From assembly GCA_016234205.1 (NCBI GenBank), contig JACRGN010000086.1, positions 1-44,273 of the forward strand: DNA of 44,273 bases, written 5' to 3'. The position numbers and the translations under genes were made by a program. The notes beneath the pieces are model-generated. The model did not search any database. It was not told the DNA's origin and saw only the letters and a list, made by a program, of their open reading frames with translations. Below, one piece after another: positions 1 through 8,804 of this stretch; position 1 is the first letter of the stretch; each line of letters begins with the position of its first letter. The DNA is from Nitrospinota bacterium. Its GTDB lineage: Bacteria; Nitrospinota; Nitrospinia; UBA9942.

Positions 1-1
1 T

Positions 2-322
2 GAAAAGGATGTTGCAAATACTATTACAACAGTCCTTGGGGAATTATCTCATGAGATAAACAAGATGTTTCATGACTTTATAAAATCTACCGAAAAGAAT
101 ATTAACAGGGTCATCTTGAGCGGCGGGTGTGCAAGGATACCGGGAATAGAAAAAATCCTGACAGAGAACTTTGATATACCAACTGAAATAATAGACCCTT
201 ATAAGAACATAAAAATAAATCCAAAGATTTTTGACCCTCAATATATACAGGATATGGCACCGCTGGCTGCTATAAGCATAGGACTTGCCATGAGGAGACT
301 CGGGGACAAGACAAAACCATAA
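2..322 (+). CDS. pilM: Type IV pilus assembly protein PilM, C-terminal fragment (5' end lies outside the window)
   Basis: The frame is open from the window edge. ...RVILSGGCARIPGIEKILTENFDIPTEIIDPY... matches the actin-like PilM C-terminus, and pilNOPQ follow directly. Confidence 0.85.
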   Translation, partial: EKDVANTITTVLGELSHEINKMFHDFIKSTEKNINRVILSGGCARIPGIEKILTENFDIPTEIIDPYKNIKINPKIFDPQYIQDMAPLAAISIGLAMRRLGDKTKP

Positions 323-323
323 T

Positions 324-408
324 CAGTGTCAGTGTAAGTGATTTAGTGTTAGTGATGTGGAAGAAATTTGTTTCTTGTTTTACTGACACTGACACTAATC
401 ACTTACAC
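324..408. repeat. Word palindrome (CAGTGT/ACACTG words) between pilM and pilN
   Basis: Left arm CAGTGTCAGTGTAAGTGATTTAGTGTTAGTGA, inner palindrome AAGAAATTTGTTTCTT, right arm ACTGACACTGACACTAATCACTTACAC, then TTTT. Confidence 0.85.
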
Positions 409-419
409 CGTTTTAAGTT

Positions 420-1304
420 ATGATAAAGATAAATCTGATATTTGACAGGAAGGCGATAGGGAGGACAAGGGTTCAGCAGGAGATGGTGCTGGCTGTTGTC
501 CTTGTGTTTATAACTGTCGGTATAAGCGGTTTTTTGTGGTATTCTCAGAACAATAGGATGGAGGAAATAAAGAAAAATATCAGCGATTCGAAAGTAAAGC
601 TTGAAAGTCTTAAGACGGTTATCGCCAAAATTGCTGATAAAGAGAAAAAGAAAAAGAGGCTTGAAGACATCATAAAGGCAATAGGAGATCTGAAAGGGGT
701 GCAGAGGGGGCCTGCCAGAATCTTCGATGAGATAAATATTACACTCCCTTCCGAGATATGGATTACCTCTCTTTCGGAAAGCGGGGGGCAGATTAAAATA
801 GACGGGTATTCGTTTTCAAATCCTGGTATAGCAACTTTTATGGAAAATATAAAAGCATCGAGATATTTTCTGGATGCGGAGCTTCTCGAGATTCAACAGA
901 CAAATATAGAGGGAGAAAAGGTTAAAAAGTTCACATTAAATACGACTATTAATTTATCCCCTAAAGACAAAATAATGGCTATCCGGCTGTCAAAAGAGGC
1001 GGGTGCGGCTGGCAGGGGAGGAGGTATGGCAGTCCCCGGGGGATTGTATGGCAGCGGTGGCCCTGTAGGGGGTATGTTCTCCCAAGAGAGTATAGACGCC
1101 TATGGACGGAAACTTGCGGAGGATTTGAGATCGGCACCGAGAAATCCTTTTGTCGAGGGTTTTAAACACGGACAATCGCCGGAAGGCATGAAGGTGCCGA
1201 ATATGGATGAGGCAATGAAAAGGGCAGAGAGGCTGAAGGGTGAATCAGAACAGAAAAAAAGGCAGATTGAAGAAAATGTAAGGCGAATGGAAGAGGGGGG
1301 TTAA
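420..1304 (+). CDS. pilN: Type IV pilus assembly protein PilN with a ~100-aa Gly-rich/charged C-terminal extension
   Basis: MIKINLI start, a single N-terminal TM helix, a coiled coil and a position between pilM and pilO. At 294 aa it is longer than typical PilN. Confidence 0.8.
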   Translation: MIKINLIFDRKAIGRTRVQQEMVLAVVLVFITVGISGFLWYSQNNRMEEIKKNISDSKVKLESLKTVIAKIADKEKKKKRLEDIIKAIGDLKGVQRGPARIFDEINITLPSEIWITSLSESGGQIKIDGYSFSNPGIATFMENIKASRYFLDAELLEIQQTNIEGEKVKKFTLNTTINLSPKDKIMAIRLSKEAGAAGRGGGMAVPGGLYGSGGPVGGMFSQESIDAYGRKLAEDLRSAPRNPFVEGFKHGQSPEGMKVPNMDEAMKRAERLKGESEQKKRQIEENVRRMEEGG

Positions 1305-1307
1305 TAA

Positions 1308-1934
1308 ATGGAGCAATTAAAAAATATTTTAGAAAAGATACCCCTTGATAAGATTGCAGGCTTCCCCTCTTACCAGAGGTGGATTGTAATCTGCGTCATT
1401 CAGATTCTTATTTTTACAGGCTATTATTTTTTGAGCTATAGCGGAAAGACAGAGGAGATTGCAAAATTGAACGGAGAATTGTCGTCGCTACAGCAGGAGA
1501 TAGCAAAAAACGAGCAGGTTGCAAAGAGGCTGCCTGCACTTGAAAAGGAGATAGAGAAACTGGAAGTAAACTTATCGGTTGCAAAAACCCAGTTGCCGGA
1601 GGAAAAGGAGATACCATCACTCCTGACGAATATTTCAAATCTTGCAATGCAGTCGGGATTAGATATTCTTACTTTTAAGCCCGGGTCGGAGAGTCCAAAG
1701 GATTTTTATGCAGAGGTTCCTGTCCAGATTAAAATTAATGGCGGCTTTCATAATACACTGGAATTCTTTGACAAAGTGAGCAAGATGCCGCGAATTGTTA
1801 CTATATCAAGTGTAAAAATAGCAAATCCTAAGGAAGATAAAGGTAAAACCATGATTGAAATGGAATGTTCTGCAACGACATTCAGATACAGCGAAAAACC
1901 CCCGGAACCGAAAAAAGAGGAAAAGAAAAAATGA
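1308..1934 (+). CDS. pilO: Type IV pilus assembly protein PilO
   Basis: TM helix plus coiled coil, then the motif ...EIPSLLTNISNLAMQSGLDILTFKPG...INGGFHNTLEFFDKVSKMPRIV. Synteny agrees. Confidence 0.85.
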   Translation: MEQLKNILEKIPLDKIAGFPSYQRWIVICVIQILIFTGYYFLSYSGKTEEIAKLNGELSSLQQEIAKNEQVAKRLPALEKEIEKLEVNLSVAKTQLPEEKEIPSLLTNISNLAMQSGLDILTFKPGSESPKDFYAEVPVQIKINGGFHNTLEFFDKVSKMPRIVTISSVKIANPKEDKGKTMIEMECSATTFRYSEKPPEPKKEEKKK

Positions 1935-2536
1935 ACTCTCTTAATAAACATAAGTCCATATATATCAAAGTTATTTATTCTTTTCCCTTTATACTTTTCA
2001 CTATACTATGGTATACTCAATCGGCATATGGGATTAATGAAAAACAGCAAGTTACTACACCTGCAAGTGAACCTGCTGATATATCAAAACAAACAGAGCC
2101 GGCAGAAGAAAAGATAAAGAGTGAAGGCATATATGTTTATAATTCAACTGGCAAAACAGACCCTTTTAGATCACTTATACTTGGCAAAAAGGAGAAGATA
2201 AAGCAGGAGGAAGAGAGAAGGAAGACTGAAGTAGCAAAAGAAGAAGAGAAATTTAAAAAAGAGTTAGAAAAGATTCCAGTAACACCATTACAACAGTTTG
2301 AGTTGGCATCTATGAAAGTGGTTGCCATAATCTGGGGTGAGATTGGTAAATATGCAATGGTTGAGGCACCTGATGGCAAGGGTTATACTATAAAGAAAGG
2401 GACATATATAGGTAAAAGCAGAGGAATAGTTAAAGATGTGACCGCCGATACTATCATAGTTGAAGAGAAATATCAGGATGTGGATAAAAAGGTAAAAACA
2501 AGAGATGTTGAGCTAAAGTTAAAGAAGGAGGAGTAA
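1931..2536 (+). CDS. pilP: Type IV pilus assembly protein PilP
   Basis: The ATG at 1931 overlaps the pilO stop (ATGA). Signal/TM segment, charged linker and a C-terminal PilP beta-domain (LASMKVVAIIWGEIGKYAMVEAPDGKGYTIKKG). The track ORF from 1865 is an upstream extension. Confidence 0.8.
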   Translation: MNSLNKHKSIYIKVIYSFPFILFTILWYTQSAYGINEKQQVTTPASEPADISKQTEPAEEKIKSEGIYVYNSTGKTDPFRSLILGKKEKIKQEEERRKTEVAKEEEKFKKELEKIPVTPLQQFELASMKVVAIIWGEIGKYAMVEAPDGKGYTIKKGTYIGKSRGIVKDVTADTIIVEEKYQDVDKKVKTRDVELKLKKEE

Positions 2537-2541
2537 TTAAA

Positions 2542-2571
2542 ATGCAGAATGCAGAATGCAGAATGCAGAAT
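2542..2571 (+). repeat. Tandem heptamer (ATGCAGA)x4 at the pilQ start
   Basis: Read directly. Each unit carries an ATG, and units 1 and 4 are in frame with pilQ. Confidence 0.95.
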
Positions 2572-4749
2572 ATAGTAAGTAGGAAGCAGTATTCGGCGAG
2601 GATGATATTTACTGTTTACTGTTTACTGTTTACTGCTTACTTTCTTTCTGGGTGTGCTGCTCCAAAGAAAATAACCGCTCTGCCTCCTGCCAAGCCGGTT
2701 GAGTCAAAGCCTGCTCAGACCAAAGCAGAAAAACCGATAAGAAAACCGTCCCTTAAAAAGGTTTATGCAGAGCCTTCAGCCGATATGGTTCAACTTACAA
2801 TTGAGACAACAGACCCTCTTCAATATACTGCATTTAAGCTGAATGACCCTTCAAGATTGCTCATTGATTTATCCAATGTGGGATTAGGTGATGTAAAAAG
2901 CCCGATTAAAGTTGAAAAAGGGGCTGTAGGAACGGTTACATTACACTATTTTGAGCAGAGCAATACTGCAAGGGTTGAGATTGGGTTAAGTGCTCCCATA
3001 TCCCATGAAATATTAAAACCTGCAGCCAACAAGATAATAGTTTCTATAAAAAATAAATCTGTTGAAGATAGTAGTATAGCAGCTGCTGCATCCGGGAAAA
3101 TAGTCACTGTAAACTCTATTGATGTTCAGAGGTTATCAGATGGTAAAACAAGGATAATTGTGAAAACTGATGGTGGGGAGCCACGGTTTACCCTAATGAA
3201 GAAAGAGGATTTAAAGAGGCTCTATGTGGATGTAGAAAATGCCCATATATCGCCTCAGGGACAGAAGGCATTAGATACGGCACAGGTATCAACCTTTGTA
3301 AAAAAGGTAAGTTCATTCCAGCATAAAGATGAACCTCTGCCAATTGTAAGGATTGTTGCAGAACTTACTGAGATTCCTTCTTATAATATCTCTCGTGATG
3401 GGGCAAATATAATATTGGATATAGAGCCGCCAGGAGTAGCTTCAAAGAAGATAGAGGCAAAGCAAGCCGCTTCAGCAGATGCGAAAATAACTGATACTCT
3501 TTTAGGAGAGGAGAAGAAGTATACCGGCAGGAAGATATCTTTGGATTTTCAGGATGCTGATATAAACAATATACTAAGGCTTATAGCTGAGGTCAGTGAA
3601 TTGAATGTAATAACTTCAGAAAATGTGAAGGGGAAGGTAACCATGAGACTAATCAATATCCCATGGGACCAGGCGATGGATGTAATATTAAAGACAAATC
3701 AACTTGATATGATAAGAGAAGGGAGTATTATAAGAATTGCACCTGCAACAAAGATAGCAGAAGAAAGAAAGGCGTTTAATGAGGCGAAAAAGGCAGCCGT
3801 AGAGAGCAAGGTGGTTGAAGAAGAGGTAGAGGAGCTAACTACCGAGATATTCTCTATAAGCTATGCAAAGGCAGGTGATTTAACAAAAAATCTTGAGAAG
3901 CTAAAAAGCAAGAGGGGTGACATCACTATAGATGAGAGGACAAATACACTCATAGTAAAAGATACGAGAAGAAAGATGGCTGAGATGAAGTCCCTCATTG
4001 ATAAGCTGGATAAAAGGACACCTCAGGTGCTTATAGAGGCGAGAATCGTAGAGGTCAGCAGAAATTTCTCGAAGCAATTGGGAATAGAGTGGGGCGGGAA
4101 ATTTAACCTTGCCTCAGATATTAATTTCCCAAATACAGTTGGTATTACAGGAAGCTCAGTAGGTACAAGTGCAGTCAGCCTCCCTGCCGCTGCCGGCTCC
4201 GGCAGTGGTGGTGCAATAAGTGCAACACTTGGAAGTGTAACAGGGGCAACACAGCTTGATGTTCGTTTATCGGCATTAGAGGCTACAGGTAAGGCAAGAA
4301 TACTATCCACACCTAAAATAACTACACTTGATAACAAGGAGGCTATCATTGAAAGCGGCAGGTCAGTTCCATATCCTACAACATCTTCAGCCGGGACAAC
4401 TGTCCAGTTTGTGGATGCCACAATAAGCCTTACAGTAAAACCGCAGATAACACCTGATAATTATGTATCTATGAAGATAGTAGCCACAAAGAATGAGGCA
4501 GATTTTGCAAACCAGGTTCAGGGGACACCAAGTATTATTAAAAAGAAGGCAACAACTGAGGTATTAATAAAGGATGGGGATACAACTGTTATAGGGGGAC
4601 TTTATAAAACAACAAAGACCGAAAATATAGCAGGGGTTCCATGGTTCATGAAGATACCTATATTGGGCTGGTTATTTAAAAAGCAAACCGATACGGATGA
4701 CGGCGAGGAACTCCTGATATTTATTACACCTAAGATAATAAGGTCATAA
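2542..4749 (+). CDS. pilQ: Type IV pilus secretin PilQ (lipobox, two AMIN-like domains, secretin C-domain)
   Basis: SD AAGGAGG lies upstream. Lipobox FLSGC, then the secretin core ...PQVLIEARIVEV...ARILSTPKITTLDNKEA...GVPWFMKIPILGWLFK. Alternative in-frame ATGs are at 2563 and 2602. Confidence 0.9.
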   Translation: MQNAECRMQNIVSRKQYSARMIFTVYCLLFTAYFLSGCAAPKKITALPPAKPVESKPAQTKAEKPIRKPSLKKVYAEPSADMVQLTIETTDPLQYTAFKLNDPSRLLIDLSNVGLGDVKSPIKVEKGAVGTVTLHYFEQSNTARVEIGLSAPISHEILKPAANKIIVSIKNKSVEDSSIAAAASGKIVTVNSIDVQRLSDGKTRIIVKTDGGEPRFTLMKKEDLKRLYVDVENAHISPQGQKALDTAQVSTFVKKVSSFQHKDEPLPIVRIVAELTEIPSYNISRDGANIILDIEPPGVASKKIEAKQAASADAKITDTLLGEEKKYTGRKISLDFQDADINNILRLIAEVSELNVITSENVKGKVTMRLINIPWDQAMDVILKTNQLDMIREGSIIRIAPATKIAEERKAFNEAKKAAVESKVVEEEVEELTTEIFSISYAKAGDLTKNLEKLKSKRGDITIDERTNTLIVKDTRRKMAEMKSLIDKLDKRTPQVLIEARIVEVSRNFSKQLGIEWGGKFNLASDINFPNTVGITGSSVGTSAVSLPAAAGSGSGGAISATLGSVTGATQLDVRLSALEATGKARILSTPKITTLDNKEAIIESGRSVPYPTTSSAGTTVQFVDATISLTVKPQITPDNYVSMKIVATKNEADFANQVQGTPSIIKKKATTEVLIKDGDTTVIGGLYKTTKTENIAGVPWFMKIPILGWLFKKQTDTDDGEELLIFITPKIIRS
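2608..2635 (+). repeat. Tandem heptamer (TTTACTG)x4 inside the pilQ signal-peptide codons
   Basis: Read directly. Encodes FTVYCLLFT; the unit length is not a multiple of 3. Confidence 0.95.
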
Positions 4750-5825
4750 TGGAGGTTGTAAATGTAGGGCTTGGGGAGAGAAGTTATTCAATTTACATGG
4801 GGAAAGGACTCCTCCCTGAATGTGGAAATAGAATAAAAAATATTAAAACAGGCAAAAAGATAGTTGTTATTACAAATCCTGCAGTAAATAAACTTTATGG
4901 TGATACATTAAAAAATTCTTTAACAGGTGCAGGTTTTATTGTTAATTTTGTTGAAATACCTGATGGTGAAGAATATAAAACTATAAATACTGCTGTTAAA
5001 ATCTATGACAGATTGATAGATATAAAGATGGAGAGGGAATCTCCATTAATTGCCTTAAGTGGCGGGGTTACAGGTGATATAACAGGGTTTGTTGCAGCGA
5101 CATACTTAAGAGGGGTTCCATACATACAGATTCCTACTACCCTGCTTGCACAGGTGGATAGCAGTATTGGTGGGAAAACGGCAGTAAATCACCCAAGAGG
5201 GAAAAACCTCATAGGGGCATTTTATCAGCCTAAGGCGGTTTTTATTGATATAGATACACTTAGGACTTTGCCAAAAGAAGAAATTCTATGCGGCATAGCT
5301 GAGATTATAAAATACGGTATTATCAGGGATAGAGATTTCTTTGAATACTTGGAAGATAACATAAAAAAACTGATTAACCTTAACGAAGATATCCTGATAC
5401 ATTCAATAAAGAGGTCATGTGAGATTAAGGCTGATGTCGTATCAAAGGATGAAAGGGAAACTGGTCTAAGGGCTATATTAAATTTTGGTCATACTATCGG
5501 ACACGCGATTGAATCACTGACAAATTATAAGAAATACAGGCATGGTGAGGCCGTAGCAATCGGCATGGTATATGCCGCAAGACTATCATTGGAATCAGGA
5601 TCTTGCAGCAATAAAGATTATGATAGGGTGGTAAATTTAATTAAGTCTGCAGGTTTGCCAACTGCAATCTCCGGTTTGAATACTAATGCTGTAATAGACT
5701 CACTTTACTTAGATAAAAAAGTAAAAGAAGAAAAGATTAGATTTATATTGATGAATGGGATTGGCTCTACAGAGATTTATAGCGACATATCTCATGAATT
5801 GATAAGAAAGGTTTTGTCACACTAA
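4749..5825 (+). CDS. aroB: 3-dehydroquinate synthase
   Basis: GGVTGDITGFVAATYLRGVPYIQIPTTLLAQVDSSIGGKTAVN and HTIGHAIE motifs. TAATG overlap with the pilQ stop. The pilQ-aroB linkage is a common arrangement. Confidence 0.9.
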   Translation: MEVVNVGLGERSYSIYMGKGLLPECGNRIKNIKTGKKIVVITNPAVNKLYGDTLKNSLTGAGFIVNFVEIPDGEEYKTINTAVKIYDRLIDIKMERESPLIALSGGVTGDITGFVAATYLRGVPYIQIPTTLLAQVDSSIGGKTAVNHPRGKNLIGAFYQPKAVFIDIDTLRTLPKEEILCGIAEIIKYGIIRDRDFFEYLEDNIKKLINLNEDILIHSIKRSCEIKADVVSKDERETGLRAILNFGHTIGHAIESLTNYKKYRHGEAVAIGMVYAARLSLESGSCSNKDYDRVVNLIKSAGLPTAISGLNTNAVIDSLYLDKKVKEEKIRFILMNGIGSTEIYSDISHELIRKVLSH

Positions 5826-5852
5826 TTTAATGTACAGGAAATTTCAATATTG

Positions 5853-5931
5853 AGATTGCTTCGCCTTCGGCTCGCAATGACAAACAAAAGCAATGGTGTC
5901 ATTGCGAGGAACGATAGTGACGAAGCAATCT
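5853..5931. repeat. CATTGCGAG-type palindromic element (intergenic aroB/lipoprotein)
   Basis: AGATTGCTTCGCCTTCGGCTCGCAATGAC ... GTCATTGCGAGGAACGATAGTGACGAAGCAATCT. Nearly the same as the copy inside rlmN. Confidence 0.9.
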
Positions 5932-5948
5932 AAGTTCTGGAGAAGGCT

Positions 5949-6425
5949 ATGAAGATAAAAATAGCATTATCACTGATTTTTCTCATTACTATAGTTATTG
6001 CTGGAATTGGCTGTGATTCAAGTAAGGTAAACAAGATTACAGGGCCTGTCAGCTCAGGCAGTCCGATAAATGAAGGCAACGCATTAGATTTATGGAGTGA
6101 TAAGAGTAAAATTGGTGTCGGTGATACTGCAACTATATCTACAAAGATTTTTAATACAAATGGTTCTGCTTTAAGTGGATATGGTGTATACGGTGTTACA
6201 GGGACAGCTGCAACTATAAATGTAGCATATTCAGCAAATACCCATGGAACCCTTTCCGCATCATCTCAGTCGGCGACATTAGCAGGCTCAACTTCAACTG
6301 CAGGCCCAGCTACTGCAGGGGCATACTTTTTTTCTATCATTCTTACAGGTGCAACGAGAGGGACCGCTGTAATTACTGCCACCCATTTTTCAATGCAAAA
6401 AACCATCTATGTTGATATAGAATAA
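5949..6425 (+). CDS. Small lipoprotein with an Ig-like (Big-type) beta domain
   Basis: Signal peptide with lipobox AGIGC. Ser/Thr/Gly-rich beta-type sequence ending GTAVITATHFSMQKTIYVDIE. Confidence 0.5.
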   Translation: MKIKIALSLIFLITIVIAGIGCDSSKVNKITGPVSSGSPINEGNALDLWSDKSKIGVGDTATISTKIFNTNGSALSGYGVYGVTGTAATINVAYSANTHGTLSASSQSATLAGSTSTAGPATAGAYFFSIILTGATRGTAVITATHFSMQKTIYVDIE

Positions 6426-6448
6426 AACACTTTCCTTTTAACTGTCCG

Positions 6449-7051
6449 ATGAAATCAACCAATAAAAATATTGCTGTATTCATAGATAGGGATGGGACTG
6501 CCACTGAGGAGGTTGGATATTTAAACAATATAGAGCGGCTTAACCTAATTAAAGGCACATCTCATGCGATTAAGCTCCTTAATAAAAAAGGATTAAAGGC
6601 AATAGTTGTTACAAATCAGGCAGGTGTGGCAAGGGGATATTTCCCTGAAGAGCTTATCCATAAAGCCAACGAAAGACTTAAAAAACTGCTCTCAAAATCA
6701 GGCGCCTATCTGGATGGAATATATTACTGTCCTCATCATCCCGATGGGAAGAATGAGAAATACAGGAAAATATGTAATTGCAGAAAGCCAAATCCGGGCA
6801 TGATAGAAATGGCGTCCGATGAATTAGATATAGACATAAGCAGGTCATATGTAGTTGGAGATAAGTTGAGTGATGTCTCGCTTGCCCACAATGTTGGGGC
6901 AAAGGGGATTCTGGTACTCACGGGCTATGGAAAAGGGGAGCTTGAATACTTAAGTGGTGAATTTAAACAGAAACCTGATTATGTTGCAGACGACCTGTAT
7001 GATGCTGTTAAGTGGATTTTGAAGGATATAAGAACAAAAGAAAAAGATTAA
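6449..7051 (+). CDS. gmhB: D-glycero-D-manno-heptose 1,7-bisphosphate phosphatase (HAD family)
   Basis: HAD motif I FIDRDGT, the CPHHP...CNCRKPNPGM zinc-loop signature of GmhB, and GDKLSDV. Confidence 0.85.
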   Translation: MKSTNKNIAVFIDRDGTATEEVGYLNNIERLNLIKGTSHAIKLLNKKGLKAIVVTNQAGVARGYFPEELIHKANERLKKLLSKSGAYLDGIYYCPHHPDGKNEKYRKICNCRKPNPGMIEMASDELDIDISRSYVVGDKLSDVSLAHNVGAKGILVLTGYGKGELEYLSGEFKQKPDYVADDLYDAVKWILKDIRTKEKD

Positions 7052-7137
7052 GGAGAATGGAGAAAAGGGAGAAAAGGAGAAAAAAGAATCTAACTTATTA
7101 TCTCTCCATTTCTCCATCTTCTTCCCCCTTTCTCCTT
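7050..7137. repeat. Word palindrome (GGAGAAA/TTTCTCC words)
   Basis: AAGGAGAATGGAGAAAAGGGAGAAAAGGAGAAAA ... TCTCTCCATTTCTCCATCTTCTTCCCCCTTTCTCCTTA. Confidence 0.9.
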
Positions 7138-7157
7138 ATATGTTTTTTATAATTTAA

Positions 7158-8150
7158 ATGGACAAAAATAGATTAAAAAATATTTTAAAGAAATTTTCAA
7201 AACAGAAGGTAATGGTAATCGGCGACATAGTGGCTGATGAATATATCCTCGGCATGACCTCACGCGTATCAAGGGAGGCACCAGTTCTTATACTTAAATA
7301 TGATTCCCAGACTGTTCTGCCGGGGTGCGGGGGGAATGCTGTAAATAATATCCACTCTCTCGGAGGGACAGTGTTCCCTGTCGGCATCGTAGGAGATGAT
7401 GATATGGGAAGAAAACTCATTGCCCTTTTAAAAGAAAAAGGAATAAATACAGAGGGGATTGTATCAGATGAGGGGCGATTAACCCCAACAAAGACAAGAA
7501 TACTTGCGGGCGGCTCTAATACGACTAAGCAGCAGGTAATAAGAATAGACAGGGAGAATAGTAATATAATAAATAAAAGGGCAGAAGAGAAGCTCTTAAA
7601 GATTTTTAATGGGATGGCCAAGATGATGGATGCCATCCTTGTTTCAGATTATGGGCTCGGGACCATTTCTGAAAAAATCTTAAATAGTATAAACAGGCTG
7701 GCAAAAAGCGATAAAAAGGTTATCACTGTTGATTCTCGCTTTGATATTCTAAAATACCGTCACATAACAGCCGCCACACCAAATACTGAGGAAGTAGAAT
7801 TTGCACTAAATACCACATTAAATGGAAATACTATCAACAAGCATGGCAGAAAGATTCTCAGCCAGATTAAGAGTGACGGTCTCCTTATAACAAGGGGTAA
7901 AGAAGGGATGACCCTCTTTGAGAAGGATGGCGGAATTACCGATATAGATATTTACGGGACTGATCAAGTGGCAGATGTGACAGGTGCAGGTGATACCGTC
8001 ATTAGTGCATTCACACTTGCACTTGCCGCAAATGCTTCAATGAAAGAGGCAGCCAGACTCGCAAATTATGCAGGGGGCATTGTTGTTATGAAGAGCGGGA
8101 CTGCCACGGTAAATACTCAAGAAATCGAGAGAGCTATTGATAATGGGTAA
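7158..8150 (+). CDS. hldA: D-glycero-beta-D-manno-heptose-7-phosphate kinase (RfaE domain I as a stand-alone gene)
   Basis: PfkB-type kinase: VMVIGDIVADEYILG..SRVSREAPVL and C-terminal DVTGAGDTVISAF. No SD precedes 7158; an alternative ATG at 7212 has a weak GAAGG. Confidence 0.85.
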   Translation: MDKNRLKNILKKFSKQKVMVIGDIVADEYILGMTSRVSREAPVLILKYDSQTVLPGCGGNAVNNIHSLGGTVFPVGIVGDDDMGRKLIALLKEKGINTEGIVSDEGRLTPTKTRILAGGSNTTKQQVIRIDRENSNIINKRAEEKLLKIFNGMAKMMDAILVSDYGLGTISEKILNSINRLAKSDKKVITVDSRFDILKYRHITAATPNTEEVEFALNTTLNGNTINKHGRKILSQIKSDGLLITRGKEGMTLFEKDGGITDIDIYGTDQVADVTGAGDTVISAFTLALAANASMKEAARLANYAGGIVVMKSGTATVNTQEIERAIDNG

Positions 8151-8679
8151 GTTAAAAAATCTTAATGAACTCAATAATATTGTTAAGAAATGGAGGGAGA
8201 AGGGGAAAAAGGTAGTATTTGCAAACGGCTGTTTTGATATCCTTCATGTGGGACATATAAGATATCTGAAGGAGGCAAAAGAACTTGGTGACCTGCTCAT
8301 AGTAGCAATAAATAGTGATTCCTCTGCAAAAAAACTCAAAGGGGATGGCAGGCCTGTAACACCTGAAAATGAAAGGGCTGAAATCGTAGCCGCTATTGAA
8401 TATGTTGACTATGTAACTCTTTTTAACGAGCCGAATGTATCCAATCTCCTTTTGACTCTAAAGCCTGATATTCACGCAAAGGGGACTGATTACACTGAAG
8501 ATAGTGTCCCTGAGGCTGATACTGTGAGGGCATACGGCGGAAGGGTGGCAATTACAGGTGATAAAAAAGAAAGGTCATCTACGGAGATAATAAAAAAACT
8601 AAATAAACCACAGACTAACACAGACTTTAAAAATCAAAAAGAACGAAGACTTAATGAAACCACAGATTACACAGATTAA
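8137..8679 (+). CDS. hldC: D-glycero-beta-D-manno-heptose-1-phosphate adenylyltransferase (RfaE domain II)
   Basis: Cytidylyltransferase motif VVFANGCFDILHVGHIRYL. Overlaps the kinase gene by 14 nt. The last ~25 codons read into a CACAGAT-type repeat. Confidence 0.85.
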   Translation: MIMGKLKNLNELNNIVKKWREKGKKVVFANGCFDILHVGHIRYLKEAKELGDLLIVAINSDSSAKKLKGDGRPVTPENERAEIVAAIEYVDYVTLFNEPNVSNLLLTLKPDIHAKGTDYTEDSVPEADTVRAYGGRVAITGDKKERSSTEIIKKLNKPQTNTDFKNQKERRLNETTDYTD

Positions 8680-8793
8680 CACAGATGACAGCATTGCTGT
8701 CATTCTGAGGACGAAGTCCGAAGAATCTCAAAGCGAGATTCCTCGCTTCGCTCGGAATGACATTTCTTTTTTTTAATCTGTGAAAATCTGTGG
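8658..8793. repeat. Nested palindrome: CACAGAT-word outer arms around a CATTCTGAGG/GAATCTC inner element
   Basis: Outer arms AACCACAGATTACACAGATTAACACAGAT / AATCTGTGAAAATCTGTGG. Inner arms TGTCATTCTGAGGACGAAGTCCGAAGAATCTC / GAGATTCCTCGCTTCGCTCGGAATGACA. Confidence 0.9.
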
Positions 8794-8804
8794 CTAAATA
8801 TATT

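Noticed and set aside
7154-7636. Long antisense ORFs in the track (e.g. 7154-7636, 4023-4421, 25351-25674, 27136-27486, 30463-30999, 23349-23942, 13533-13895, 42409-42789)
   Set aside because: Each lies opposite a CDS with clear family motifs and has low-complexity or hydrophobic shadow composition with no SD. The poly-Val ORF at 25351-25674 is simply the complement of the poly-Thr tract.
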